A stretch of DNA of 54,804 nucleotides, filler included, from Sphacelaria rigidula (Eukaryota), in the NCBI GenBank assembly GCA_964200075.2. It is 5 parts of 5 records of this genome, joined end to end, with 100 filler letters (N's around TTAATTAATTAA, not from the genome) between each part and the next. Parts side by side here need not be neighbours in the genome. Positions count along the whole stretch, not along the records: positions 1 to 10,882 come from CAXNAA020005745.1; 4 more parts are not named here. One strand, written 5' to 3'. The translations under genes were made by a program, and so were the position numbers. The notes beneath the pieces are model-generated. The model ran no database searches, was not told the DNA's origin, and worked only from the letters and a program-made list of their open reading frames with translations. Each line of letters starts with the position of its first letter. Position 1 is the stretch's first letter. Positions 1 to 10,982 of the stretch are shown here, piece by piece.

Positions 1-299
1 CGGGCGTCGTGCACGGCTCATGATTTTCCGCGGGAAACTTCCAAACACACATGGTTGACTCCGTGAGCTTCTCCAATGCTCCGCGGAGAGACACCCCCCC
101 CCCCTCCCCGAGCTCTGGAAACCCCCGTATGTCTCGGAACTGTCAGTCTGTACAACTTTTCCGAGACGACGCTCGTCGTCTAAGGGTTAAGACCGTTCCA
201 GGGCATTTTTGTGTTTTCCATAGGTCGCAGTTTTATTTTTTGCCAATCTTGCATTTTCAATGACAAACGGTCAAGTTATAAAAACACGAACTGTTTCCC

Positions 300-470
300 T
301 CCTGTTTTTTTTAAGTTGGCCGTTCGTTATTGAAAATGCAAGATTGGCACAAATCAAAACTGCAACCAACGGAAAACGCAGAGATGTCCTGGAACGGTCT
401 CAACGAATAGAGCAAGTCATTCCAGGGTGTCAACATCCGCCTAGCCCTATTTTCGGGCGAAAAACGACGG
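300..470 (+). repeat. Dispersed repeat family R1 (probable non-autonomous DNA element); other copies ~33460-33595 and ~38440-38590
   Basis: Shared string aaaactgcaacca.cg.a.aac..agagatgtcctg.aac...tca...gagca.gtcattcc..ggtgtc.a.atc.gcct.gccctattttcg in three different contigs. Confidence 0.75.
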
Positions 471-524
471 AGAAGAGCCTAAACGGCATTTTTTACCGAA
501 AGCGTTACGTTAATACATTACATA

Positions 525-883
525 CGCACACGCGGCCTTTTGGCTACCCCTAAAATTCCTCCAGGTCGGTGAACTTTTCGAGCCTCCAGAGGAATTAAAC
601 GCCCACGCCGGGGCGCGCGGCCCTACAGAAGAGATTGTTTTTGGTTTTTTCCAAACGAAGTAAACGCCTCCGGAGACTTGTTTTTGCCCCTGGAGGGCCG
701 CGCATCTCTCCAAAGACATCTTGCTACCCCCAAATTCCTCCGGAGGGGTGCGCGGCCCTCCAGGTCGGTAGTGTTTGGTTTTCTCCAGAGGGATTAAAGG
801 ACTCCGGAGGCTTGCTTTGCCTCTGGAGGGCCGCGCATCCCTCCGGAGGCATTTTGAGGGGTAGCCAAATGGACGCGTGTGCG
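525..883. mobile_element. MITE with ~38-bp terminal inverted repeats (CACACGCGGCCATTTGGCTACCCC family), probably Tc1/mariner-type
   Basis: Left cgcacacgcggccttttggctacccctaaaattcctcc and right ggaggcattttgaggggtagccaaatggacgcgtgtgcg are reverse complements; interior rich in CCTC(C/T)GGAGG palindromes; preceded by TA. Confidence 0.8.
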
Positions 884-999
884 AAGTAACCTTGGCACAT
901 TTTTTTTTCCGATCGAAAATTTGCGAAAATTCCGATCCGATATGTCGTGATTTTGTTAATGAAGCCAAGAACCGCTGATCTACTATTGCAGCGCTCACG

Positions 1000-1072
1000 G
1001 AGTACGTAGCTCAGTGGTTATTGTCTTTCTCAACAAAGGAGCTAAAGTCTGGAGTTCGATCCGTACCCGCGA
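1000..1072 (+). pseudogene. tRNA-like remnant / SINE head with Pol III A and B boxes
   Basis: A box TAGCTCAGTGGTTA (1007-1020), B box GGAGTTCGATCC (1051-1062); acceptor and anticodon stems do not pair. Confidence 0.55.
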
Positions 1073-1629
1073 CACAGTTCTCTTGGCCAATTGGTCACGG
1101 TCACAATATTGCCGATAACCCTTCTCCCGATGGATATTACTGAGGTCGTTCATTCCCATGAATATTATTTTGGGCAAGTGAGCAGCGTTGAACACACGGG
1201 GTTGCGACCCTGAGCGCGGCTTAACAGCGAGAGGGACTTCGGACATTAGCTTTTCTTGATGAAGCCAATAACCACTGAGCTCCTCAGTCAGCGCTGACTT
1301 AGTAGCTGACTGAGAAGCTTCGTGGCTGTTGGCTTTTTCGACAGGTTTCAACTATCTTCATTCATCTTGTAATCACGACTGATCAGTTGATATATTGCTT
1401 TTCCGACGCATGTTTTCGATCGCACCGCAAGGACGCACCGTGAAGCCGTTTCTTATCGAGACCAGAAAAGGAAGCAGGGAAACGAAGAAGAGCCCAGAAG
1501 CAACATGTTGATAAGTCGCCGCAAGCACCGCCTGAGAGACACGCCCTTGGTGTTGGGGGCGGGCGAGGAGGCGGGGAGTATTTCCCACTCAGAGGACATT
1601 TGACACAGTTCTTTGCCCTCAAACAGGAG

Positions 1630-2139
1630 GGTGTACTCATAATCATGCATGCCATAGTCATAAGACTATTCATTGACCACGCATCCATGCAAAGTCGGGA
1701 CGGAGTACGCCGGGTTTTCGTCGGACCAGGCTCGCACTCATTCACCAAGCGTGAAGCGCCGTGGCGTGTTCGGCGAGTCGCATGAAGGGTGAGCTTCATC
1801 CTTCTGAGATTGTTTGGCCCGACACCTACTGATTATCTTGCATTTCAATGACAGCCTAAAATAAACTGCTCCATTTTCTGGTATCGCCCCTTCCAGAGAC
1901 AGCCACGGCTTACACAGTGCCTCATGGGTGTCTCACCATTTAAACACCACGTAGTGCGATCATCCCCTTTGTGCGTAGTTGAGGTTCTCCCACGCCGCAC
2001 AACATAATCTAGCTCGACTACCATTATGGTTACCGCAACAAAGAAAACGTAAGCGCGCAAAATAAATCGATAGCCTGGTTGCCTAGCTTGCGCAGTGAGT
2101 GGCGTGTTTTATGGCGTCATCGTCAACCGACGCCAACCG
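1630..2139 (-). mobile_element. ~500-bp SINE-like non-autonomous retroelement, copy A (full length)
   Basis: Collinear with 4916-5273, 6234-6505 and 46436-46933; on the minus strand begins CGGTTGGCGTCGGTT and ends GGATGCGTGGTCAATG...ATGAGTACACCC, matching the LINE 3' end. Confidence 0.75.
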
Positions 2140-2806
2140 CATATGGGGTCCGTTCCTACAGAGCCGGGACAGAGCACGCCCGGTTCTCGCCGGACCAGCC
2201 TAACCCCCGCAGGGAGAAGATCGTCATCACACGTCTCGGGCACTTGGCAGCGCCCCGCTGATAAGAGGCCTACGTTTCCGGTGTGCTCGGCTCCGTGGTT
2301 TCGAGAATGGTTTCTCTCGGAAAGGTGGGCTAGAGTTCTGTCGGTGGGGTGATGCAAAGTGTCGAAGACGTGCGATGGGGGCAAGAATCGTGTCAAACGT
2401 GTCCCTAGAGTGGGAAATACGAGTGTGCCCCCCAAAACATTCCAAATGTAAGCAAAGATCTCTAAGAGGCCGTATTGAAAAATAAAAGCAGGTTCAAGAT
2501 ATTGCGGCGAGACAAGGCAATAAACGCTGTGAAACGTCAAGTTTCTCTCAACTCCTGGATGCTTGCATCAGAGTCTTGGTGATCATTCGTGCGTCATTGG
2601 AAGGCTACGAGCTAGGCCAGCCAAGAACCCCGCTCTCCTGCCCTGCACGATACCTTTCTCAGTTTCCAGGATTAACACGACCTACGTATATTGCTGTGAA
2701 CCGCAGACAGACCTGTCGATGTACGTTCTGCCTCTAAACACGAGGACGAGGAAATGTACATCATATATGACCTCAACGACGGAATCGGATTTTGCAAAGA
2801 AAAAAA

Positions 2807-2878
2807 GTGCTGTCGGGATTCGAAGTCATGAACTTCCGCCCGTGTGTACGTGTCTTGAACCAGTGAGGCAATGGGGTA
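2807..2878 (-). pseudogene. Degenerate tRNA-like sequence followed by oligo-T
   Basis: Minus strand: TTGCCTCACTGGTTC (A-box-like) ... ACTTCGAATCCCG (B-box-like) ... CAGCAC then T7; tRNA-sized span but no clean cloverleaf. Confidence 0.4.
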
Positions 2879-2944
2879 GACGATGGCAAACGAAACGTGG
2901 AATGCCCTGATCAGTTTCAGGAGTCTCGAGCCGAAAAAATCCAC

Positions 2945-3097
2945 ACCTTGGACAATATATGGTTGATAGTTGCAATAGACAAGAAACGTACTGAATAAAG
3001 TATGGGTCTATAGCGACTATTGACGGCCGGCAATAGTTGCAATAGACCTATACTCTATGCAGTACACTTCTCGTCTGTTCCATATATTGTCCAGGGT
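2945..3097. mobile_element. ~150-bp foldback / MITE
   Basis: accttggacaatatatgg / ccatatattgtccagggt termini; inner arms gtactgaataaagtatgggtctatagcgactattg / caatagttgcaatagacctatactctatgcagtac close on an 8-nt loop. Confidence 0.75.
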
Positions 3098-3570
3098 ATG
3101 AAAAAATCCAAGAGACTTATACACGGCACTAAAAATTATTCACGGAAGATCCCAGAGCTTCGCTCTTGTTTTTTCATCGAGTAATGACATTGTCCTTCTT
3201 GTTCCCATGAATTTCAAAATCGCCCTTATGTTCTGTTTTTTTTTTTTTTTTCGTGAACTTCCTCTAGTTTTCACGTATTTATATAAAATCTCGTGTTCAA
3301 ATTTCACCTCCAAATCCTCTGCTTGTTGGTTAATGAAGCAGGGCAGAACTGCTCAACCGCCGACGAGAATTCTCGGCTGGTCTAGCTCGTAAAAGCTACA
3401 ACTAGGAATTCTTAGGGCACATTTTGACGAGCTAAAAGAAAGAGCAAAGAGCAACGCAAGGGTTGAAGTGCACCATGATGCCTGATGATGTCGCGGCAAC
3501 CAATCAAGCTGCTCTTTTTTTAACGCTTGCTTCGCTCTTGGCTGTTTTTGTTTGAGGCCTAACTGTGTCC

Positions 3571-3915
3571 ACACACGCAGCTATTCGGCTACCTCTAAAT
3601 ACATCCTCTATCGTGATGTTCATCCTCTAGAGGGTATGTCATCCCTAGATGCGGTCATAAACGAATCCTCTGGAGGGTATATGATGCTCCAGTGACTTCT
3701 GAGGTCTGAATCTCTCGAGAGTAACAAAAACGATGGCGCTCTTGAGGGCCCGGGCCGCGCATCCTTCAAATTCCTCCGGTGGGATGCGCGGCACTCCAGG
3801 GGCTTGTTTTGCATCTGGAGGCGTTTGATCCCACCCCTCTGCAGAAGGCGTTGAATACCTCTGGAGGCTCGAAAAGTTTACCGAAACAGGGTATTCTTGT
3901 GCACCTGTGGGCATG
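3571..3915. mobile_element. Degenerate copy of the CACACGCGG MITE family
   Basis: Starts acacacgcagctattcggctacctc; CCTCTAGAGG/CCTCTGGAGG palindromes like 525-883 and 44589-45002. Confidence 0.6.
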
Positions 3916-3929
3916 TTTTTGCACTTTAT

Positions 3930-4401
3930 TTCTCAGTCAAAAATGTGCGGTGGAAAAGGAGAACTCCGATCTTACAGGTCGTGATTTCAAACAGCTTAAT
4001 TATGTTGACGATAGTTCAAATTGCCATCTATAAGATCGGAAGCCTTGTTTTTCACGGCACTTTTTTTCGTCGGAAAAAATGACGTGCTAAGGCATGACCT
4101 TGATGCGACCAAAATAGAAGCGAAAAGCAAAGCTACATATATATACGCTGTTTTTGGATGCTTGCTTCGTTGTCTATTCTTTTATCTTGTCCTACTACGA
4201 AGATGGGTCGTAAGGGCGTATCTCAGCACGATAGCTTTCGAACGAAATTGTGCGGTCAAAAACAAAAATCCCGATCTCATGAGTCGTAATTTCAACCACC
4301 GTCGTTAATTTTGAAGATGGTTGAAACCACGGCCTACCAGATCAGATCTTTTTTCCACCGCAATTTTTCGATCGAAAACTGATGTGCTAAGACACGGCCT
4401 A
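3930..4401. mobile_element. Two related ~170-190-bp palindromic MITE-like units (3930-4095 and 4211-4401)
   Basis: Second unit: cgtatctcagcac...aattgtgcggt / accgcaattttt...gtgctaagacacg. First unit shares tgtgcggt..aaaa..ccgatct..gtcgt.atttcaa and a gtgctaag end. Confidence 0.6.
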
Positions 4402-4915
4402 AGACAAGGCCTGATACACCACCCCAGCTTTTTCAGCTGTAAAACAGGGCGAAACACACACATGCCAGGAAGAAAAAAGTTCGTGTGTTATCACATGGTC
4501 GTCACACGCAACCGTTGGAAACATGTTCTCAACAAATCAAAGGCATGTCCTGACATGCCTGACAGCCTGACACCTTCAGAGGCAGCCTGAGCCCACCGCT
4601 GTACAGCGCTATGGTTTTCGGTGGTATTGGTGCGATATTGGGCAAACAATGGGGATATCCGTCCAACATTATCGTTTCGTTTTTCCACCAAAACCGTCCG
4701 TTTGACTGACGTAGTCGAAAACAGAAAACGCGGCTTCATTCCACGGCCGATTGAAACGCAACCAAGCACACTACGCTGTGGGCTACTGCATCGAGTTTCG
4801 TGTCGCACTCCGTGTTTCTCGTCATGAATGAGTGGACAGCTAGCATACTCTTTGGCAACGTTTGGGCGCCCGAAATTGAGACTCATCCCGGAGGCGGCGG
4901 GGTGGGGGAGTGGGG

Positions 4916-5273
4916 GGGTACTGATGACCTTGCATGCCGGAGTCATGAGACCGTTGACCTCGCATCCCTACGATGGTGTACATGGATGACAACCTTCGAT
5001 GAGTTGCTTCATTATCTTGTATCGCCACTTTCCAGAGACAGCCAGAGGTTGCACATTGCCTCATGGGTGTCTCACCATATACACATTGAGTGGTAAGATC
5101 ATGCTCTTTGCGCGGGGGTTAGATTGCGGCATAATACGATCTAGCTCGGCCACTGTCATTGTCAACGCACAACAAATGAACGCAAGCGCAAAAAAACAAA
5201 TCCGGTAACCTGGTTGCCTGGCTTACGCAGTGAGCAGCGAGTTTCACATCGTCGTTGCAAACCGACGCCAACC
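4916..5273 (-). mobile_element. SINE-like element copy B (internal deletion)
   Basis: ttccagagacagcca..gg...gcctcatgggtgtctcacc core, same 5' boundary (accgacgccaaccg on +) as copies A and D, G-run at the 3' end. Confidence 0.7.
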
Positions 5274-6175
5274 GTTCAAGGGCAGTTCCAAGGGGAGGTT
5301 ATAATTTCCGATCTATCAAACGAGCTCCTGTCTTCCTACATGATGGGTCGATCCACCAATCGCTATTTTGTCCATCAACCGCACAATGTGCGCTGTATAC
5401 CCTCGCAACATGTACACATCTCCAATGATTTCGTTGTGAGCGAATTCACTTCATGTCCTCTGTTCCAAAATTCTCCCCGGCGTCAGTTTCTCGATCCGTG
5501 TCTCCAGAGATTATTGGTTGTCAGTGGATGATTCTTCATTTTTTGACTGTCCCAACGTTGCATGCAGTCAGCAGTAAGACCGCTTCATGCGATAGGAAAA
5601 ACCACGTCAATATTGAGAAAGCCAATTTCGTGACGAAACGAAATCACATTTTGAGTTTGCGCAGGTTATGGCCGGAGGGGGCAATTCTATCTCGAGCAGT
5701 CCCTTGCTAATGGTAAATAGGTACTCGATGGCTTCCCAGCCATGATCACTAGCGCTTTCTGGAAAACTCCACTCCTGGCAGCTATCAATCGAGTGAAAGC
5801 TTGCGGCAGTTCGACTATGTTTCGAGTGGTGGATCAAGGCAATGGAGGACGTTGCTTTTTCTGACGGCAGGTCGGATGGCATGTACCAAGCAATGTTGCA
5901 TGTGTTGGGGTACGGACAAAATAGGCGCAAAGCTGTTTTGGTCCCACGTCGCCCCCCTCGTTCTAAGGACGTGCGCAGGGAATTCCAGCGCAAACGCAGT
6001 ATATCCGAACCTCTTCCTTTCCCAGCTACACACACACAGCTTCTTTCGACGGGAATCCATTCACTACATTGGTAGTTACGGCAGTCTTTTATGTTGCAAT
6101 TTTTTATTTTGCTGGCGAAAAAACCACCGGTGACTAGCCTATGATCAGAAACGGCGCAGTCAAAGTATGGAGGGA

Positions 6176-6505
6176 GGGAGGGAGGTCTCATTTATTGCTT
6201 GCCTTAGACCACATATCTCTTTCGGGATGGATAGAGTGTACTCATTGCAGTGCATGCCGTAGTTATGACACAATGGACCTTGCATTCCTACAAAGCCGAG
6301 ACGTAGGACACCAGTTTTTCGCCGGACCAGGCTCGCAGTCATTCACGAAGCGCGAAGCGGTCTGGTGTGTTCGGCGAGTCACACGAGGGGTGAGCTGCAT
6401 TCTGCTACGATTTTTCGGCCTGGGCCGTACCGACTATTTTGCATACGGATGATAACCTGGAGTTAGTTTCTTCACATTCTCTGGTCTTGCCACTTCCAGA
6501 GACGG
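6176..6505 (-). mobile_element. LINE 3' tail remnant (6176-6230) abutting 5'-truncated SINE-like copy C (6234-6505)
   Basis: ctcatttattgcttgccttagaccac followed by gtgtactcatt...gccggaccaggctcgcagtcattcacgaagcg...cttccagagac. Confidence 0.65.
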
Positions 6506-6829
6506 ATAAGAGCGCGCGCCGGGGGTGGTTATGTGTGTGTGTGGGGGGGGGGGGGGGGGCATTTCTGAAATCCTGGAGTTTTTTTTTTCCTCAAACAATA
6601 GTTATGAAAAATATTTGGGGTGGGGAACTCTTTTTTTTTTTCTGTAAGAAGTGGTCTAATTTATACTGTGTCGTATGCCATCCTATTGCGTACTTTGTTG
6701 CCGTACTACGTTCGTTATTGCGATCACTGGTGGATTTTTTTTCACATTTCCTTCCGTTTTTCTTCTGTTTGGAATGACCGGCTGTGATGTTGTCATTCAC
6801 CACTATAGGTGCCGTAACCGTCTGTGCTG

Positions 6830-7490
6830 CAGGTTGTAGGAGAAAACCCGATATCGAGATGACTAATCACCACTCTTTAGCATACCGAATTGTGCGTGCG
6901 GCGGTGATACCACCGTGCAATTAGTGTTGCAATACAGCAGTCGAGGACGACCTTGGATTATTCAAAAGAGTTACAAGTAGAAGAAGGTACCTTGTGGTGG
7001 TCGGTCACGTTACGACACACCAGGCGGCGAGGTTTTTCCGTCATGAATTGCGAGGCCAGCAGGAATTAGGTTTTCCACATATCGTGTATCGGTATTGGCA
7101 TACCGAACACACCTTACCCGTCGACCCTGGAGCACTTGGTCAACGGGGGCGGATCGGACAGCGAGCTGCAGCTCTTGCATAGCGATTCTGCATAAACCAG
7201 TGCCCTTCTTTTCCTTTTTTCTTCCCTTTCCTGTCCTTTCCTCTTTTGTTGAACTTTACGGTTTTTGTTTTGACCCGTCTCGTCTCCCTGTTTTGTTTAG
7301 CTTCCTCCGGTTGGTGTACGAGTATCTAATATGTGTTGAATTTTCCCTTTCTCCAATCTTCCTCGCCGAACTTTCCGTTGCTGTTGACTTTTGATACGTC
7401 TATTTTGTGTCTAATGACCACTACTCGATCCCTTGGGGGGTCGGATAATCTGCGAAAATCAATCAAAACAATTTATCAACCGATCAACAG
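6830..7490 (+). mobile_element. Probable retroelement 3' fragment (decayed ORF end, pyrimidine-rich UTR, AATC-like tail)
   Basis: Stop-interrupted frame ...VVVGHVTTHQAARFFRHELRG...GQRAAALA, then a T-rich tract and aaaatcaatcaaaac; family not identifiable from sequence alone. Confidence 0.35.
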
Positions 7491-8504
7491 TACTGAGCGG
7501 TGCTCCCTTCTTTAGTCTGTAGTCGTCTCCGGGTTGAGGTATCATAATCGTCAACCCAGAGAAAACAAATATCCTTATCACGAGGAAATCAACTTATCCC
7601 AAGTGTCCCTCACGCGAGAACGACTGACTGTGTCGGCGTTGTATCTCTCCGTGGCGCACCTATTGACACGGTTCACGGAAGTGCTCAGTGTGACTATTGA
7701 AAACGGGCACGAGCAAGTACAGCGTCGGCAGTAGCATGGTATAAAGGTGTCTAGAATCAGCGAATCATGGACAGAAAAAAGTGACGACCAAAGAAATCCG
7801 AGGCGAGCTAGTGTACCTTGCCATTTGTTGTGCGTAATTCGCTTACAGCGGATCTCTGCCGAATGGCAGGAACTTGCCAGGTGCGCGAACCGCCATCCCA
7901 TCGGTGACATTCCGATATTGTTGTAGTACAGTATGTATATATATATGTTGAACGGGAACAAATCTCCATGTGCTCGGGGAGCTGACATATAAATCGTCTC
8001 AATAACCGCGTGGCTTTGCGATTACGAGGAAACTTGGCGTACCTCTGAATTCTGAATCTGGCTAAAACTCATAACACACCACTGTCTCTAGGCGTTGCCT
8101 CGCCAAAATCGCCCGACTTCTCTCAGGAGCGGTGTCTTCCAAAGCCTCCGCTGTACATACCGTCAATTTCACGACGCGATCAATACCCATGCATACCGCC
8201 TGCACTCCTTCCCTTCCAGTGCTCTCTCCACCTTACAGGGTAATGTTTCGGTACGGTACGCGAGTAGTAAAATAGTAAAAGTAGTAAAACAACGAAGGTT
8301 CAAATCACACGCTCGTGGATGGAGGGGGCACTGGTGAAGAAGTCACTGAAGAGTTCGCTCGAAATCACACAAAGTTTGTTCCTGAGTAGAAATGTCTGGA
8401 CGTTCTGCGCTGACCTACCAACTGAACTTTTTGTGTTTTCGTGTGTATGACAATCCATGACGCGGGTGGCAGTTTCTATCTTGGCCATCCCCTCTCCGTT
8501 CCTT

Positions 8505-8770
8505 CACGAACATGCTTGTAACTCATGAGACGTCCGTCCACAACGTGCTCTACGAACCTCCCCCCTTCTATCGGGGACTCCCGCATTCACCTCCATGCCC
8601 TCGCTCTCCCTCAAGAAGAGCTGCTGCATGCTACGCGGGAAGTGCGCGCCGCGTGCAAAAACCATGCGGTGGCGCGGTTCAACAACGTATACATCATGCT
8701 GGACGATGACCATTGCGGTGCTGGCACAATGTGGTTTGCTAGGCCTTCCTGTCCTCTCCGCTCCAGCTCG
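8505..8770 (+). pseudogene. Frameshifted coding-like remnant, possibly a Plavaka/CMC-type transposase C-terminus
   Basis: ...EVRAACKNHAVARFNNVYIMLDDD...MWFAR loosely resembles the R-A-x6-R-(F/Y)-D-x-V ... ARxxxxF pattern I associate with such transposases; two frameshifts needed. Confidence 0.25.
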
Positions 8771-9179
8771 GCCCGGGACAGACGTCAGGGTAGCAGACGT
8801 AAACGCGGGCCAGCCGGTACCAGTATGCGGCGATCGTGAGGAACAATCCACAACCGACAAGGCGAGTGGTTCAATGATATGCCATGTACCGTAGCGTGTT
8901 CGTGGTTCTTAGGCAGTGCCGATTCAGTAGAATGCTGCCATCTCTTCTGTCCCTGGACACCCTGGACACGGTTGCTCTCACTCCTTCCCCACCGCGATAT
9001 CTTTCGACACGGTGTTGCCAAATAGGCTGAGATTTTCGAGCGATGGCAGGAATTGTGATGGAATCACCGTCCCCGAGTGCGCATTTATTTAGTTATGAGA
9101 AAGTCGCTGCCTACTGTAACGTTTCCATCTTTGTTTTCCGTCTTTGCGTCCCGTGCCCATCGTTGACCCTCCCTCGCAG

Positions 9180-9464
9180 CTGACGTACTCCCTCATCGTG
9201 GTGGCGTACTATGGCCGAGTGTCCACGTTGCTCGATGATCCCGCGAGAATGTGCGCCTACACCGAAGGGACGGTTTACGTGCAAACGGCACAGCTCGGGG
9301 TAACACACGATTTCAACCTCACAGCGGCGGTGCGGGGCGGGGGAGGGAGCGGGGTCGGGGCACCGTTCGGCGTGGAGCATGTTGCCGGCGCGGACAGACG
9401 GGTAACGGTGGTTGACTTGCTCAACAATAACTTGAAGCGGGAACTCACTTTGACCTGGAGCCAG
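9180..9464 (+). CDS. Internal exon (95 codons, phase 0/0) of an unidentified protein; possible terminal exon 10075-10242
   Basis: Polypyrimidine tract + ccctcgcag acceptor, CAG|gtgcgc donor, open frame LTYSLIVVAYYGRV...RELTLTWSQ with GC3 bias; downstream ttttgcag|GAA... opens in phase 0 to TAA at 10242. Confidence 0.55.
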
Positions 9465-10836
9465 GTGCGCATATTGTAACGCGGACAAGAACCAAGTTTG
9501 CTATACGTCAATCGATAGAGCCTATCACTTCACGTCAGTCACCCTCGCCTTGGGTGGGATCCTGGTTACCTTTATGTTTGCAGTGCTCCGTCGTGTTCGG
9601 GTTGTTGAACCACCTCTGCCGCGTTGCTTACTTCTGCCGAACTCACTGGTGACTCGCCAGGAGGGCGTGAGGATGGAACATGTGGAGCGCCCCCCCCCCG
9701 CCGCTATCCCCTCGTTTTCCCTAGTTGTAAGTCTCCTAGACGTACGTTGTTGCTGAAGTCGTGTTGCAGTTTCATGTCAAAGCCGCGTAGGAAAGTGGGT
9801 CCACATATATCCCCCGGCGTCACTCATGGCCAATGTAAAGGATCAGAGATAGGGGCTCTCATCCCCCCTGTCAGAATAACATGCCTGTAGACCCTTCCTA
9901 CCCCCACCACACACACCCCCCCGCCCCCCGGCGCGTGAGAAACAAAACGACACGATCTACAAGTGCAGTTGCGTCGTGTTTTACGAAATTCCGTTTGCCG
10001 CCAATAAATGTCGAGTTGGTTGGCGGAGCGCACGCCATGGATACGCCCTTTCTGTTGCTGTGTGTGTTTTGCAGGAAAGACAACAACAGCATGTCAGCGA
10101 AGACGAAATGGGCATTTTACAGTCTGGGACAACGGGCACTGGGAGAGAAACGTATCTACCCACCCCCCGCTCAGCTTCGCCAGAAGCTTGTTCATATCTC
10201 ACCTGCGTTCGCGGTTGCGGTTGCCTGTCTACAAATAATTAACCCGGTGCATTTAGGGTTATACTAGACCCGTATGGTTCTAGCACTACTGCAAGCGTAA
10301 CATTCTTCAATGCACAAGAGCGTGTATCAAGCAGTTGGTACAGGTGCACCGCTTACCACCCTGACCCCCGTAACCTCCTCCTCAAATATAGTTCACGCTG
10401 GGGGATATCTTCACTCCACTATTTTCTTCAAGCGTCAGTAGATGCGCCGCCCAAGAGACGGTCGCTGCGTGCTAAGATTCGCCATCGCATGCGGTCATGG
10501 GGTACAAATGTGTGTGCTTAATCTCAGCATTTTACTGGAGCCGCTTGCCTCACATTTTTCCGATAGACCGACCACCTTCTCCGCGGTCTGCTTCGCTGAA
10601 TCGACCCGCACCATCCGCCACCCAGGTGTCGCACCTGAAAGCTGCGTGCGAAGACCCTAGCGTGCGAACCGTGTTGATGTCAACGGACGAGACTTGCAAG
10701 TACACTCCCTTGTCCAACCACCTACCAGCATCCTGCTGGACGAACATTGTTCGTCATTATCCCATTAATGCAGAAAGGTATGGACACACGGCAAGAGTTG
10801 GTGTTTTGCGGTTGCGTGGGGGAAGGGGGCGAGAGG

Positions 10837-10882
10837 AGGGGGGGGGGGGACTCATTTGTTGCTTGCCTTAGTCGTTCGACCA
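10837..10882 (-). mobile_element. LINE 3' terminus with C-tail (contig end)
   Basis: G-run + actcatttgttgcttgccttagtcgttcgacca. Confidence 0.7.
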
Positions 10883-10982
10883 NNNNNNNNNNNNNNNNNN
10901 NNNNNNNNNNNNNNNNNNNNNNNNNNTTAATTAATTAANNNNNNNNNNNNNNNNNNNNNNNNNNNNNNNNNNNNNNNNNNNN
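10883..10982. other. Artificial contig spacer (N44-TTAATTAATTAA-N44)
   Basis: Exactly 100 bp with a six-frame stop linker; the identical spacer occurs four times. Confidence 0.98.

Noticed and set aside
10927-10938. TTAATTAATTAA as a biological site or piggyBac target
   Set aside because: Synthetic six-frame-stop linker flanked by Ns.
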